Shown here: positions 35,494-45,063 of the stretch, piece after piece
How the letters are laid out: each line of letters opens with the position of its first letter
Position numbering within the stretch: position 1 is the first letter of the stretch
IMG/VR virus record: IMGVR_UViG_2740892219_000006
Reading direction: 5' to 3' (one strand)
DNA: 46,408 nt
Source: a virus
Lineage: Duplodnaviria > Heunggongvirae > Uroviricota > Caudoviricetes
Notes under the pieces: generated by a model
What the model saw: the letters and a program-made list of their open reading frames with translations, nothing else
What the model was told of the DNA's origin: nothing
Databases searched by the model: none
Program-made: the position numbers and the translations under genes

Positions 35494-36956
35494 TGGGATA
35501 TCGCCACGGTATTTATATATCTGAGCTGGCTACATCTATAACTCCTCCAGTGCAAGTTAGTGCTGGGTTGATTGTCGCATTTGGTACGGCTCCTGTTAAT
35601 CAGTTAGAAGATCCAGCCTCAGCGGTAAATAAACCTATCATTGCTTATACATACGCAGAGGCCGTATCTAAAATAGGATATAGCACAAACTTCGAGAAAT
35701 ATACTTTAAGCGAAGTAATTAAAGTCGCATTTGGAATATATGGTGTTGCGCCAGTTGTATTTATCAATGTGCTTGATCCAGCAAAGCATAAGAAAGACGT
35801 TACTGATGAGTTAGTAAAACTTTCTGGCGGGAAAGGTACGCTCTCTAACGATGGTGTCTTATATAAATCTGTTGTTGTGAAAAAAGCAGATGGTGATTCG
35901 CCTGGGTTAACGGTTGATACCGATTATGTGCTGGCGCTGGATGATAATGGCTATACGGTCATTACAGCTATTAGCGGAGGAAAAATTACCGAAAAAGACG
36001 CTACTCTTAAGGTTAGTTATACGCATCTTGATCCCGGTGCCGTAACTAAAAATGACATTATCGGTGGTGTGGATTCAAACACTAAAGCCAATACAGGGCT
36101 TGAGTTACTGTCAGATGTGTATCCCCGCTTCAAGTTAGTTCCTGGACAAGTGATTGCACCTGGATTTAGTTCTGATAGTGAAGTTGGTCAGCTAATGGCG
36201 GCTAAAGCCGCGCTGATTAGTGAATTGTTCAAAGCAGAAGCTATAACGGATGCGCCGACCGATAAATCTACTATCAGTGATTACTCGGCTGTTCCTGAAT
36301 GGAAACAGAACAATAATCACATGGCCGCTAACCAGACAGTGTGCTGGCCGATGGTGAAACTTGGTGACAATATTTACCATCACTCAACCCATTTAGCGGC
36401 CGCAACATGCTTGCTGGATAGTCAGTATGGTGATATTCCATCACGTTCTCCGTCAAATATAAAACTACAGATGGACGGTGCTGTACGTAAAGATGGCAGT
36501 GAAGTATGGCTTAACATTAGCCAGGCAAACTACTTAAATGGGCAGGGGATTGTAACAAGCCTTAATTTTGATGGTTGGAAATCATGGGGAAACCGTAATG
36601 CTATTTATCCAACATCTACAGACCCCAAAGACGCATTTCGTGTTTGCCGACGTATGTTTAACTGGGTGGGTAATACGTTAATTCTTTCGCATTGGTCAAA
36701 AATAGACAATCCTGCAAACCGTCGATTAATTGAATCGATTGTTACAAGTGCGAATATTTGGCTTAACGGCCTCACAGGTAATCAGGATATTGCAGGTGGT
36801 GTTGTTACCTTTGATCAGTCTGAAAACACGATTACGTCATTGATGGACGGGATTGTTAAATTCCATGTAAAAATGACACCATTCTCACCTGCCAGAGATA
36901 TAGAGTTCGTCATGGAATATAATCCTGATTATCTGCTGAACTTGTTTTCTGAATAA
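35493..36956 (+). CDS. Contractile tail sheath protein
   Basis: 487 aa, in the position and size expected for a myovirus tail sheath. Confidence 0.85.
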   Translation: MGYRHGIYISELATSITPPVQVSAGLIVAFGTAPVNQLEDPASAVNKPIIAYTYAEAVSKIGYSTNFEKYTLSEVIKVAFGIYGVAPVVFINVLDPAKHKKDVTDELVKLSGGKGTLSNDGVLYKSVVVKKADGDSPGLTVDTDYVLALDDNGYTVITAISGGKITEKDATLKVSYTHLDPGAVTKNDIIGGVDSNTKANTGLELLSDVYPRFKLVPGQVIAPGFSSDSEVGQLMAAKAALISELFKAEAITDAPTDKSTISDYSAVPEWKQNNNHMAANQTVCWPMVKLGDNIYHHSTHLAAATCLLDSQYGDIPSRSPSNIKLQMDGAVRKDGSEVWLNISQANYLNGQGIVTSLNFDGWKSWGNRNAIYPTSTDPKDAFRVCRRMFNWVGNTLILSHWSKIDNPANRRLIESIVTSANIWLNGLTGNQDIAGGVVTFDQSENTITSLMDGIVKFHVKMTPFSPARDIEFVMEYNPDYLLNLFSE

Positions 36957-36972
36957 ATGATAGGAGGTTGCT

Positions 36973-37494
36973 TTGAGCAATCAAATTCCTGAGAGACTTA
37001 TTAACTTTACAGTATACGGTGAGGGAAACCGTATTATCGGTGTTGCTGACGCAAAGCTGCCATCAATCGAGATGATGACAGAGACAGTTAGTGGAGCAGG
37101 TATTGCTGGAGAGCTTGAGAGCGGAACGCTGGGGCATTTCAAACCAATGACCGTCTCTCTTAAATGGCGAACCCTAACCTCTGCTGGTACAAAATTATTT
37201 CTATCCTCATCGCATCAGGTAGATTTTCGTGGTAGCCAGCAGGTTTATGATGCCGGAACAGGAAAATATAAAACGGTTCCCATTCGGGCTTCAATGAAGC
37301 TAAACCCTAAAAAACTGGATTTAGGTTCGCTACAGGTGGCAAAGGCTACTGATTCAGAGAATGAATTTGAAGTTCTCTATATCAAATTATTTATTGATGG
37401 AAAAGAAGTCCTGGAAATTGATAAATTGAACTTTATTTGTATCTTCGATGGTGAAGATATATTAAAAAGCGTTCGTGATGATTTAGGTTTATAA
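36973..37494 (+). CDS. Tail tube protein
   Basis: 173 aa following the sheath; TTG start after AGGAGG. Confidence 0.8.
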   Translation: MSNQIPERLINFTVYGEGNRIIGVADAKLPSIEMMTETVSGAGIAGELESGTLGHFKPMTVSLKWRTLTSAGTKLFLSSSHQVDFRGSQQVYDAGTGKYKTVPIRASMKLNPKKLDLGSLQVAKATDSENEFEVLYIKLFIDGKEVLEIDKLNFICIFDGEDILKSVRDDLGL

Positions 37495-37503
37495 GGTGAC
37501 AAA

Positions 37504-37785
37504 ATGGAAACCGTTAAATTAAGTAAAGAGTATCGTTTTGAAGACTTCGAGCCGGTGACTGAACTCAACCTTGATTTAGACAACCTAAAAGGCAGCGATA
37601 TTTTAGAAGTATCGGACTTACTGCAATCTCAAGGGCATGTTACAGTTCAAACATCACTTGATCATAAAGTCCACGTTGCTCTGGCTGCTCGCTGTATTGG
37701 CCGTCCGATAGAGTATCTGAATGGATTGCCAGCGAAAGACTTTGTTAAAGTTTGCCAAAAGGTACAGAATTTTTTGCTCTCGTAG
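37504..37785 (+). CDS. Tail assembly chaperone (short form)
   Basis: 93-aa ORF upstream of the tape measure gene. Confidence 0.65.
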   Translation: METVKLSKEYRFEDFEPVTELNLDLDNLKGSDILEVSDLLQSQGHVTVQTSLDHKVHVALAARCIGRPIEYLNGLPAKDFVKVCQKVQNFLLS

Positions 37786-37934
37786 GTTTTGATGAGCAAA
37801 AACCTATTGATAAGCAAATAATGAGGGCCGCGAGTTCTCTATCTCAATCATCTCAATCAACACCTATATCCTACTGGCTTTCTCTTCGGTTGAGGCGAAT
37901 TGTCGCATGGATTGATGTGTTTAATGAGGATTAA
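37504..37934 (+). CDS. Tail assembly chaperone, -1 frameshift extended product
   Basis: Slippery heptamer T TTT TTG at 37770-37776 in the zero frame; the -1 frame stays open to 37934. Confidence 0.6.
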
Positions 37935-37939
37935 TACTA

Positions 37940-40732
37940 ATGGCCAGCAATAAGAACTTTAAGCTGGCTTTTGAAATTGGCGGCAAAGTTGCCGCCTCTC
38001 TCCCCAAAAGTTTTACTACAGCTAATCAGGCTGTTGCTAAATTAAATGCCGAGCTTGCTGGATTAACGAAAGAACATGGGGAAATTCAAAAGCTACAATC
38101 TGTAAAAGTAAAGGTTGGACAGACTGCCCTCGAATATCATAAAGCTGCCGCTCGCGTTGAAGAGTTACAGAAGCAAATAAAAAACACGGCCAATCCAACC
38201 AGAGCGATGCTTCGTGACTTTGAGAAGGCAAAAACACATTCATCGAATTTACGAGCATCACTACGTTCTCAGCGTGAAGAACTGGCCGCTTTAAAGTCTG
38301 CCTATCAGGGAGCTGATACATCTGCCAGAGCTTTGGCTTCAAGAGAGAAAGAACTTAAAGCCAGCATTGATCGTAATCGTGAGGCTCAGGCCCGTAGCGT
38401 TGAGCAGGTTAACCGCTACAGAACGGCTTTGGCTTTAGCCAGAGCAAATGTTCAGCAAGTGAAAAAACAGCAGGAGGAACTTAACCGGGCATTAGAAAAA
38501 CAACGTATTGATAAAATTAACAGCTATAAAAATGCGTTGGCTGAAGCACGGAAAAATGTTCTTGCAGTAAAACGTGCTCAGGAGGAGTTAAACCGCGCGT
38601 TGGAAAGGCAGCGTGAATTGAAGCGAGAGCATCTTGGTGAGGCAAAGAGTCAACTTGTAAGGTCAGGATTACAAACTGGTGCTGTAGCGGCTGGTGCATT
38701 TGCTGCTGCTAACAATGCAGCAAATTTCAATCGTGAAAACAAAATGATTGGTCTTACGGCAGATATGAAGCCGGAAGAAGTTCAGGCGATGGGGCAGGCG
38801 ATGCTTGTTACCGGAACGGCTACCAACCAGTTTGCATCTGATATTCAGGCCGCTCAGGGTTTTCTCGTCGCTGCTGGGCAGGATTATAAAGAGGCTCAGG
38901 CGAATCTACTAACTATTGGGCGAACAGCTACAGCTACTGGCTCTGATATCCTCGATGTCTCGAAAGCATCATTTACATTAAGTGACTCATTGAAGATTGA
39001 TCCATCTCAAATGAAGTCTGCAATGGGGATTCTGGTTCAGGCAGGGAAAGAGGGAAACTTTGAATTTAAAGATATGGCCAAAAATCTTCCTGTGCTTGGT
39101 GCCCAGTTCCAGGCATTAAAAATGGGAGGTAAAGAAGCCGCCGCGACGATGGGGGCTGCTTTGCAGATAGCTCGCAAAGGTGCTGCAACTTCGGATGAGG
39201 CTGCTAATAATATGAACAACTTTTTGGCGAAAATACTTTCCCCTGAAACGCTAAAAAAAGCAAAGAAAAATTTCGGTGTAGATTTATATAAAATTGTCAC
39301 AACAGCGCAGAAAAAAGGGAAGAATCCATTCGAAGCTGCAATGCATTCTGTCATGAAAATGACTAAGAACGGAGATCAGAAGTTACTTGGTGAGCTATTT
39401 GGCGATATGCAGGTTCAGAACTTTGTTCGTCCGATGATTCAAAACTGGAAGGAATACCAGAGAATCAAAGCAACATCTCTTGGTGCTGGAAGTGCTGTTA
39501 TTGACCGCGATTTTGCCAACATAACGAAAGACAATGCGGAGCGATTGAAACAATTACGTATTCAGGCTAGCAATGCATCATTAAGTTTTGGTCAGGCCTT
39601 GCAACCTGCTTTGAATGCCGCGCTTAGTGTTTTGGTTCCGCTGATTACAAAAATTAGTGAATTTGTAGCTAACAACCCCAATTTTGTGTCTCAGATTGTG
39701 ATGGCGGCAGGTGCGTTTCTAACCATGAAAAGTGTGGTTATAGCGTGTAGGGTAGCTATGCTGGCTTTATCTGTAGCGACAAAGCTAACACCCTTCGGGT
39801 GGATTCAGATGGCTATATCTGCGCTGGTTGCCGCAGGAATATTGCTCTATCAGAACTGGGATAAGATCAGAGATTATGCTGTCAGAGTTTGGCCTTCTGT
39901 TAAGGAATATACAGTTAAATCGTTTGAAGCTATAAAAAACTTTATCTTAAACTTTGATCTCAATGGATGGATTATATCTATGTTTGGTAAAGCATGGGAT
40001 TATCTTTCCAACATAAACTGGAGTTCGGCAGGAGTAAGAATTTACAGTACATTAATTAGTGCTTTTAAATGGATGTCTCCGCTTCCGTTCTTAATTAAAG
40101 CATTTAAACTTACAACAAATTACCTTTCTGGTATTAATTGGAGCGAAACAGGAAAGAAAATCATAGATACACTGGTATCTGTTTTTATGCGTTTTTCACC
40201 AGTTGGACTCTTTATAAGAGCATTCCAATCTGTAACGGCTTATTTGTCTGGAATAAACTGGAGTGAGTCAGGCGCAAAAATAATTGAGACGTTAATCACT
40301 GGGATAAAATCAAAAGCAAATGCTTTAATTAATGAAGTGAAAGGCGTTTTTTCTTCTGTACGTGAGTATTTACCGTTCTCTGATGCGAAAAAAGGTCCAT
40401 TCTCACAGCTAACAAAGTCAGGTAGTGCAATAATGACTACTCTGGCATCTGGTGTTAGCAGAAATAACAGCTTACAGAATGCAATCGCAACCCAGTTCGG
40501 GCAATCAAATTTATCACCTCACGGGATCTCTGCTGCCGGGAGTTATGGACCTCGCCAGAACGTTAACGCAGTGACTGGTGGGATAACCTATTCGCCTGTA
40601 ATCAATCTTCCGGCTGGCTCACCAAAGGAAACTGAGGCGGCAGCTAAAAGAGCATTAGATGCGGGATATTCTGATTTTGAGAAGAAATTGAGTGCTCATA
40701 TGTTCCAACAACGGAGATTAAGTTTTGGATGA
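37940..40732 (+). CDS. Tail tape measure protein
   Basis: 930 aa; coiled-coil N-terminus with internal repeats, hydrophobic centre, repeated NWS..G blocks. Confidence 0.85.
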   Translation: MASNKNFKLAFEIGGKVAASLPKSFTTANQAVAKLNAELAGLTKEHGEIQKLQSVKVKVGQTALEYHKAAARVEELQKQIKNTANPTRAMLRDFEKAKTHSSNLRASLRSQREELAALKSAYQGADTSARALASREKELKASIDRNREAQARSVEQVNRYRTALALARANVQQVKKQQEELNRALEKQRIDKINSYKNALAEARKNVLAVKRAQEELNRALERQRELKREHLGEAKSQLVRSGLQTGAVAAGAFAAANNAANFNRENKMIGLTADMKPEEVQAMGQAMLVTGTATNQFASDIQAAQGFLVAAGQDYKEAQANLLTIGRTATATGSDILDVSKASFTLSDSLKIDPSQMKSAMGILVQAGKEGNFEFKDMAKNLPVLGAQFQALKMGGKEAAATMGAALQIARKGAATSDEAANNMNNFLAKILSPETLKKAKKNFGVDLYKIVTTAQKKGKNPFEAAMHSVMKMTKNGDQKLLGELFGDMQVQNFVRPMIQNWKEYQRIKATSLGAGSAVIDRDFANITKDNAERLKQLRIQASNASLSFGQALQPALNAALSVLVPLITKISEFVANNPNFVSQIVMAAGAFLTMKSVVIACRVAMLALSVATKLTPFGWIQMAISALVAAGILLYQNWDKIRDYAVRVWPSVKEYTVKSFEAIKNFILNFDLNGWIISMFGKAWDYLSNINWSSAGVRIYSTLISAFKWMSPLPFLIKAFKLTTNYLSGINWSETGKKIIDTLVSVFMRFSPVGLFIRAFQSVTAYLSGINWSESGAKIIETLITGIKSKANALINEVKGVFSSVREYLPFSDAKKGPFSQLTKSGSAIMTTLASGVSRNNSLQNAIATQFGQSNLSPHGISAAGSYGPRQNVNAVTGGITYSPVINLPAGSPKETEAAAKRALDAGYSDFEKKLSAHMFQQRRLSFG

Positions 40733-40943
40733 TTATAGAACGGTTCAAGGGGACTCATGGGATAGCATCGCGTTAAAGTTGTATGGTAATGAGTACCTGT
40801 CTTATCTTCTTATTGATGCTAATACTGAGCACCGCTTTACGGTGCTTTTTTCTGCGGGAATTATTCTTAAAGTTCCTGATGCTCCGGTTATGCCAATATC
40901 AGTAAACAATTTGCCTCCGTGGAGACGCAATAGTGTTACGTAA
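40725..40943 (+). CDS. Tail protein X-like (LysM-like)
   Basis: 72 aa; YRTVQGDSWDSIALKLYG resembles a LysM/gpX motif; TTG start. Confidence 0.55.
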   Translation: MDDYRTVQGDSWDSIALKLYGNEYLSYLLIDANTEHRFTVLFSAGIILKVPDAPVMPISVNNLPPWRRNSVT

Positions 40944-41934
40944 AACGCTTTTTGATGTTATATATCAGAATGTAAATATTACCGCTCATATGTCACCTGA
41001 TGTTTTGTCAATGTCTTATACAGATAATGAAGATGGTCAGGTCGATGATATTTCTATCATATTAAAAAATGATGATGGGAAATGGTCTGGAGACTGGACA
41101 CCTAAAAAGGGTGATTTTATTGATTTGAGCTTTAAGCCTATAAATCAAATCGTTCTTGAGTGCGGGAAATTCCAGGTAGATGGCATAACTTGCTCTGGAC
41201 CACCTTCTGTTGTTGAGGTGACTGCTGTTTCTGTTCCTGTTTCATCAGGCATTAGACGAGATTTAAAAAGTAATGCATGGGAGAAAACAACTCTTAAAGA
41301 TATAGCAACTTCTATAGCTAAATTAGCTAACCTTGAGCTGTTGTTTCTTATTGATGGTGATAGTAATCCATATTATGCGCGTGAAGATCAAATGGAGGAA
41401 AGCGATTTAAAATTTCTCCATCGACTTTGCCAGGACGAAGGGTTGTCGTTAAAGGTCACTGATAGCCAATTAATAATATTTGCTCAAGAGATGTTTGAGC
41501 AAAAAGATCCTATCGCTACGCTTACGTTAGGTATTGATGAGATAATCAGATATAGCTTTAGCACACAATCTACTGATTTATATAAAAGTTGCACATGCAA
41601 ATATCGCGTACCTAAAAAAAGAAAGTCGCTTTCGTATACTTGGGTAGATCCATCCGTAGAAGAAGGGTCGAATCTTAAGATAAGAAAACTGGTAGCTAAT
41701 TTAGATGAAGCAAAACGTAAGGCAAAGGCTGCTTTGCGGCTTAAAAATAGATATCAAAATACCGGATCTTTAGTATTGGTTGGAGACACCAGATTGGTAG
41801 CTGGTGTAACTATAAATCTGGACGGATTCGGTTCATTTTCTGGAAAATATCTTATATCGAAAGCTGTGCATTCAATTGGGGCTAGTGGTTATACCACCTC
41901 GATTGATGTCCGAAGAGTAATTAATGGGTATTAA
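40933..41934 (+). CDS. Tail/baseplate hub protein (late control gene D family)
   Basis: 333-aa gpD-like protein; GTG start after GGAGACG. Confidence 0.8.
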   Translation: MLRKTLFDVIYQNVNITAHMSPDVLSMSYTDNEDGQVDDISIILKNDDGKWSGDWTPKKGDFIDLSFKPINQIVLECGKFQVDGITCSGPPSVVEVTAVSVPVSSGIRRDLKSNAWEKTTLKDIATSIAKLANLELLFLIDGDSNPYYAREDQMEESDLKFLHRLCQDEGLSLKVTDSQLIIFAQEMFEQKDPIATLTLGIDEIIRYSFSTQSTDLYKSCTCKYRVPKKRKSLSYTWVDPSVEEGSNLKIRKLVANLDEAKRKAKAALRLKNRYQNTGSLVLVGDTRLVAGVTINLDGFGSFSGKYLISKAVHSIGASGYTTSIDVRRVINGY

Positions 41935-41936
41935 TT

Positions 41937-42557
41937 ATGAATGATTTAGAAACATTATTACGTCAGACTATAAGAGTTGGCGTTGTTTCTGATATTGATG
42001 ATGGTGATGTTACAGCAAGAGTTACTTTCGATGATCAGGATAACGTCACTTCGGCAAAGTTATCAGTTATTGTGAAAAATACAGATAAGAATGCTGATTA
42101 CTGGATGCCAGATATTGGTGAGCAAGTTTTGTGTATCTTTCATCCCGCAGGGCCGCAACAAGGTTTTATTCTTGGTAGTTTTTATGATGAAACACAGAAG
42201 CCGCCATCTAATACTGTTAATAAACGCGTCATTAGATTTAATAACGGAACTCGTATTGAGATAGACAGAGAATCTAATTTACTCCTTGTTGATGCTGTCG
42301 GAGATGTAACCGTTAAGGCTACAGGAACCGTAACTATTGATGCTCCAGAAACCATCATTACCGGAAATGCTACAGTTGAAGGATTACTAACCTTCAAAGG
42401 TGGAATGAAAGGATCTTCTGCTGGAGGTGTTGCAGCTACAATTTCTGGGAATGTTAAGGTTGTTGGTGGTGATATAGATGTTGATGGGATTAAATCTAAA
42501 GGCCACCATCACACAGCTCAGGGGGAATACGCTTCGACAACGGAGGCTCAGGCATGA
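41937..42557 (+). CDS. Baseplate spike protein (gpV family)
   Basis: N-terminal RVGVVSDIDD...ARVTF pattern and size typical of gpV. Confidence 0.75.
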   Translation: MNDLETLLRQTIRVGVVSDIDDGDVTARVTFDDQDNVTSAKLSVIVKNTDKNADYWMPDIGEQVLCIFHPAGPQQGFILGSFYDETQKPPSNTVNKRVIRFNNGTRIEIDRESNLLLVDAVGDVTVKATGTVTIDAPETIITGNATVEGLLTFKGGMKGSSAGGVAATISGNVKVVGGDIDVDGIKSKGHHHTAQGEYASTTEAQA

Positions 42558-43021
42558 TTGTGGGTATGCTTGGTACAATGCCTTTTGTTGCCTCATCAAT
42601 AGTAGTGAATACGTTCAACAATTTTAAAAGGACGTCAAAGCGTCGTGTAGCGCGCCATGATGTTATTGGGCTTAAACCTGTTCTGGAGGATATAGGTCCA
42701 GATCTGGATGAAGTTAGTTTTAATATGCGGTTGGATACAACACTTGGCATTGTTCCATTGGCTGCGCTTTCATTACTTAGGACAATGCAATCAATTCAGG
42801 AAGTAAATCCTGTTGTAATTGGTATTCAGTATTTTGGTAATTTTATAATTACAGATATAGAGGAATCATGGACTTATTTCGGTCCAACTGGGAATCCGCG
42901 AGTGATTATCGTCGGCATTAAATTACAGGAAGTCGGACAGACCTCTCTGAAAGAAGCATTAGTTGATATTGCTGGCAATATAGAGTCAAAAACTAGAAGT
43001 GCGTTAGGTAAATTATTATGA
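42554..43021 (+). CDS. Tail protein, gpU-like
   Basis: 155 aa; pattern RHDVIGLKPVLEDIGPDLDEVSFNMRLD resembles remembered gpU proteins. Confidence 0.45.
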   Translation: MIVGMLGTMPFVASSIVVNTFNNFKRTSKRRVARHDVIGLKPVLEDIGPDLDEVSFNMRLDTTLGIVPLAALSLLRTMQSIQEVNPVVIGIQYFGNFIITDIEESWTYFGPTGNPRVIIVGIKLQEVGQTSLKEALVDIAGNIESKTRSALGKLL

Positions 43022-43338
43022 ATAATACGTTTACCATATCATCACCTTCTTACTCGATTGATTGGTCGCCCAAAACAGTTGTAGAAGAAGTTTTGCAAAA
43101 TGTCTCTACTATTATTAATACTCAGATTGGCACTGTACCATATGCCAGAAAATTAGGAGTTAATTCAAGTCTTGTTGATAGCCCCAGTCCAATTTTTATT
43201 GCTACAGCAACACGAGAAATAATTCAAAAAATTAGTGAGTTTGAGCCTAGAGCGATTATCCATTCTGTTACTTTTGAAAGAACGGACGTTTCTGATGGTT
43301 TTATTAGGCCAAAACTTGTGATAGGAGTTAGAGAATGA
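43018..43338 (+). CDS. Baseplate wedge protein (gpW / gp25 lysozyme-like family)
   Basis: 106-aa protein of typical size and position. Confidence 0.7.
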   Translation: MNNTFTISSPSYSIDWSPKTVVEEVLQNVSTIINTQIGTVPYARKLGVNSSLVDSPSPIFIATATREIIQKISEFEPRAIIHSVTFERTDVSDGFIRPKLVIGVRE

Positions 43339-44459
43339 CGTTGCCGCGTGGTGGTTTGCCAGATATTACTTTCGCAGATTCTAACCCGACTGATATAACA
43401 ACTCGTTCAATCAGGGCTTTTGAGAGTATAACAGGTGAAACATTAGCACCTGCTGATCCACGTAGATTATTCATCTTATCATTGTGTGAGATTATTATAC
43501 AGCAAAGAAAAGCTATCGATTTTTCTGCAAAACAAAACCTTCTTACATATGGTGAAGGTGAATATCTCGACCATATAGGCTATCTGACGGATACGCCTAG
43601 GCTGGAAGCTCAATCTGCCTTGACTACATTTGAGTTTAATCTGTCAACAAAATTATCGGGGATATATACAATACCTTCTGGCACTCAAGTTTCAACTGGA
43701 AATGGTGTTATTTTCCAAACAGATGTTTTGTTGGAAATACCTGCTGGGAAAACAGTTGGTACAGTCTCAGGATATGCTGTTATACCTGGTTTATCGGGGA
43801 ATGGCTTTTTACCAGGGCAAATAAATGAGTTGGTGACTCCGTTGCCGTATGTTTCCAGCGTAAGGAATCTAACAACATCTAATTCTGGTGCTGATACAGA
43901 GTCAGATGATAATTATGCTGAAAGAATAAAACTGTCGCCGGAAAAACTGTCTACAGCAGGGCCGGAGGATTCTTATAAATATTGGACAAGAACAGCCAAT
44001 CAGAATATAAAAGATGTGAATGTATATACACCATCGCCCGGAACTGTAGAAATCCGTTCTTTGTTAGAGAACGGAGATATACCTTCTGATGAACTATTGG
44101 AGCAGATAAATAGCGTTCTCTCTGCAACTAATATTCGACCATTCACAGATAAAGTTCTTGTTAAGAAACCAGAGAGCATTGAATACGATATAATAATTAA
44201 ATACTGGATTAACTCATCGGACAAAAACAGAACAACATTAATTCAAAGTGAGGTTGAGAAAGCTATTGATGAGTATAAACAATGGCAACGTTCGGTTATG
44301 GGAAGAGATATAAATCCAGATGAAATTATTCAACGTTTAAAAAATGCCGGGGCTAAAAGATTAGAAATATCAAGTCCTGTATTTACTGTGGTTGGAGAGA
44401 CGCAGGTCGCCAGAGAGAGAAATGTAAATTGCCAGTATGCGGGGTTAGAGGATGGCTGA
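43335..44459 (+). CDS. Baseplate protein J family
   Basis: 374 aa following the gpW-like gene. Confidence 0.8.
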   Translation: MTLPRGGLPDITFADSNPTDITTRSIRAFESITGETLAPADPRRLFILSLCEIIIQQRKAIDFSAKQNLLTYGEGEYLDHIGYLTDTPRLEAQSALTTFEFNLSTKLSGIYTIPSGTQVSTGNGVIFQTDVLLEIPAGKTVGTVSGYAVIPGLSGNGFLPGQINELVTPLPYVSSVRNLTTSNSGADTESDDNYAERIKLSPEKLSTAGPEDSYKYWTRTANQNIKDVNVYTPSPGTVEIRSLLENGDIPSDELLEQINSVLSATNIRPFTDKVLVKKPESIEYDIIIKYWINSSDKNRTTLIQSEVEKAIDEYKQWQRSVMGRDINPDEIIQRLKNAGAKRLEISSPVFTVVGETQVARERNVNCQYAGLEDG

Positions 44460-45033
44460 TATCTTTAATGTTAGCTTGTTGGATGTTTTACCTCCTAACT
44501 TAGCTAGAGATCCCAACGTGATAGCTATGTCGAAAGCTATCGATGATGAACTACAAGCAATTAACAATTTAATATATAAGACAGAAATATATAGCGTTGT
44601 TGATAACCTGGACTCAGTTGTTCTCGATCATTTAGCCTGGCAATGGAATGCTGATACATGGAGGGATAGTTGGCCTGTATCGTTAAAGCGTTCTGTTTTT
44701 AAATCAATAATACGAACAAAGCGAATAAAGGGTACAAGGGCAGCGGTTGAAGATGTAGTAAATAGCTTGGGTGGAGAGGTAAACATAACAGAATGGTTTG
44801 AAACATCACCACCTGGCGAACCATATACAGCCTCAATTGTTGCTTCGATTAACTCTTTTGATGGTGCCGTTCCTTCGAAAGAGATGTTGGAAGATACGTT
44901 AAGAAGTATCAAGAGCGCAAAGTCGGCAAGAACATTATTTACATTTTCGCAAGCTGCCAATGTTTCTGGTGGTGTTGGTATTGTTGGTGCTTGTCAGCCG
45001 GTGTCCTATGTACGATTAATTGGCGAGTGCTAA
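44452..45033 (+). CDS. Tail protein I family
   Basis: 193 aa; N-terminal LLDVLPPNLARDPNVIAM motif. Confidence 0.7.
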   Translation: MADIFNVSLLDVLPPNLARDPNVIAMSKAIDDELQAINNLIYKTEIYSVVDNLDSVVLDHLAWQWNADTWRDSWPVSLKRSVFKSIIRTKRIKGTRAAVEDVVNSLGGEVNITEWFETSPPGEPYTASIVASINSFDGAVPSKEMLEDTLRSIKSAKSARTLFTFSQAANVSGGVGIVGACQPVSYVRLIGEC

Positions 45034-45063
45034 TTCGCAATTTGTTAATTCAAGGAATTAAGC

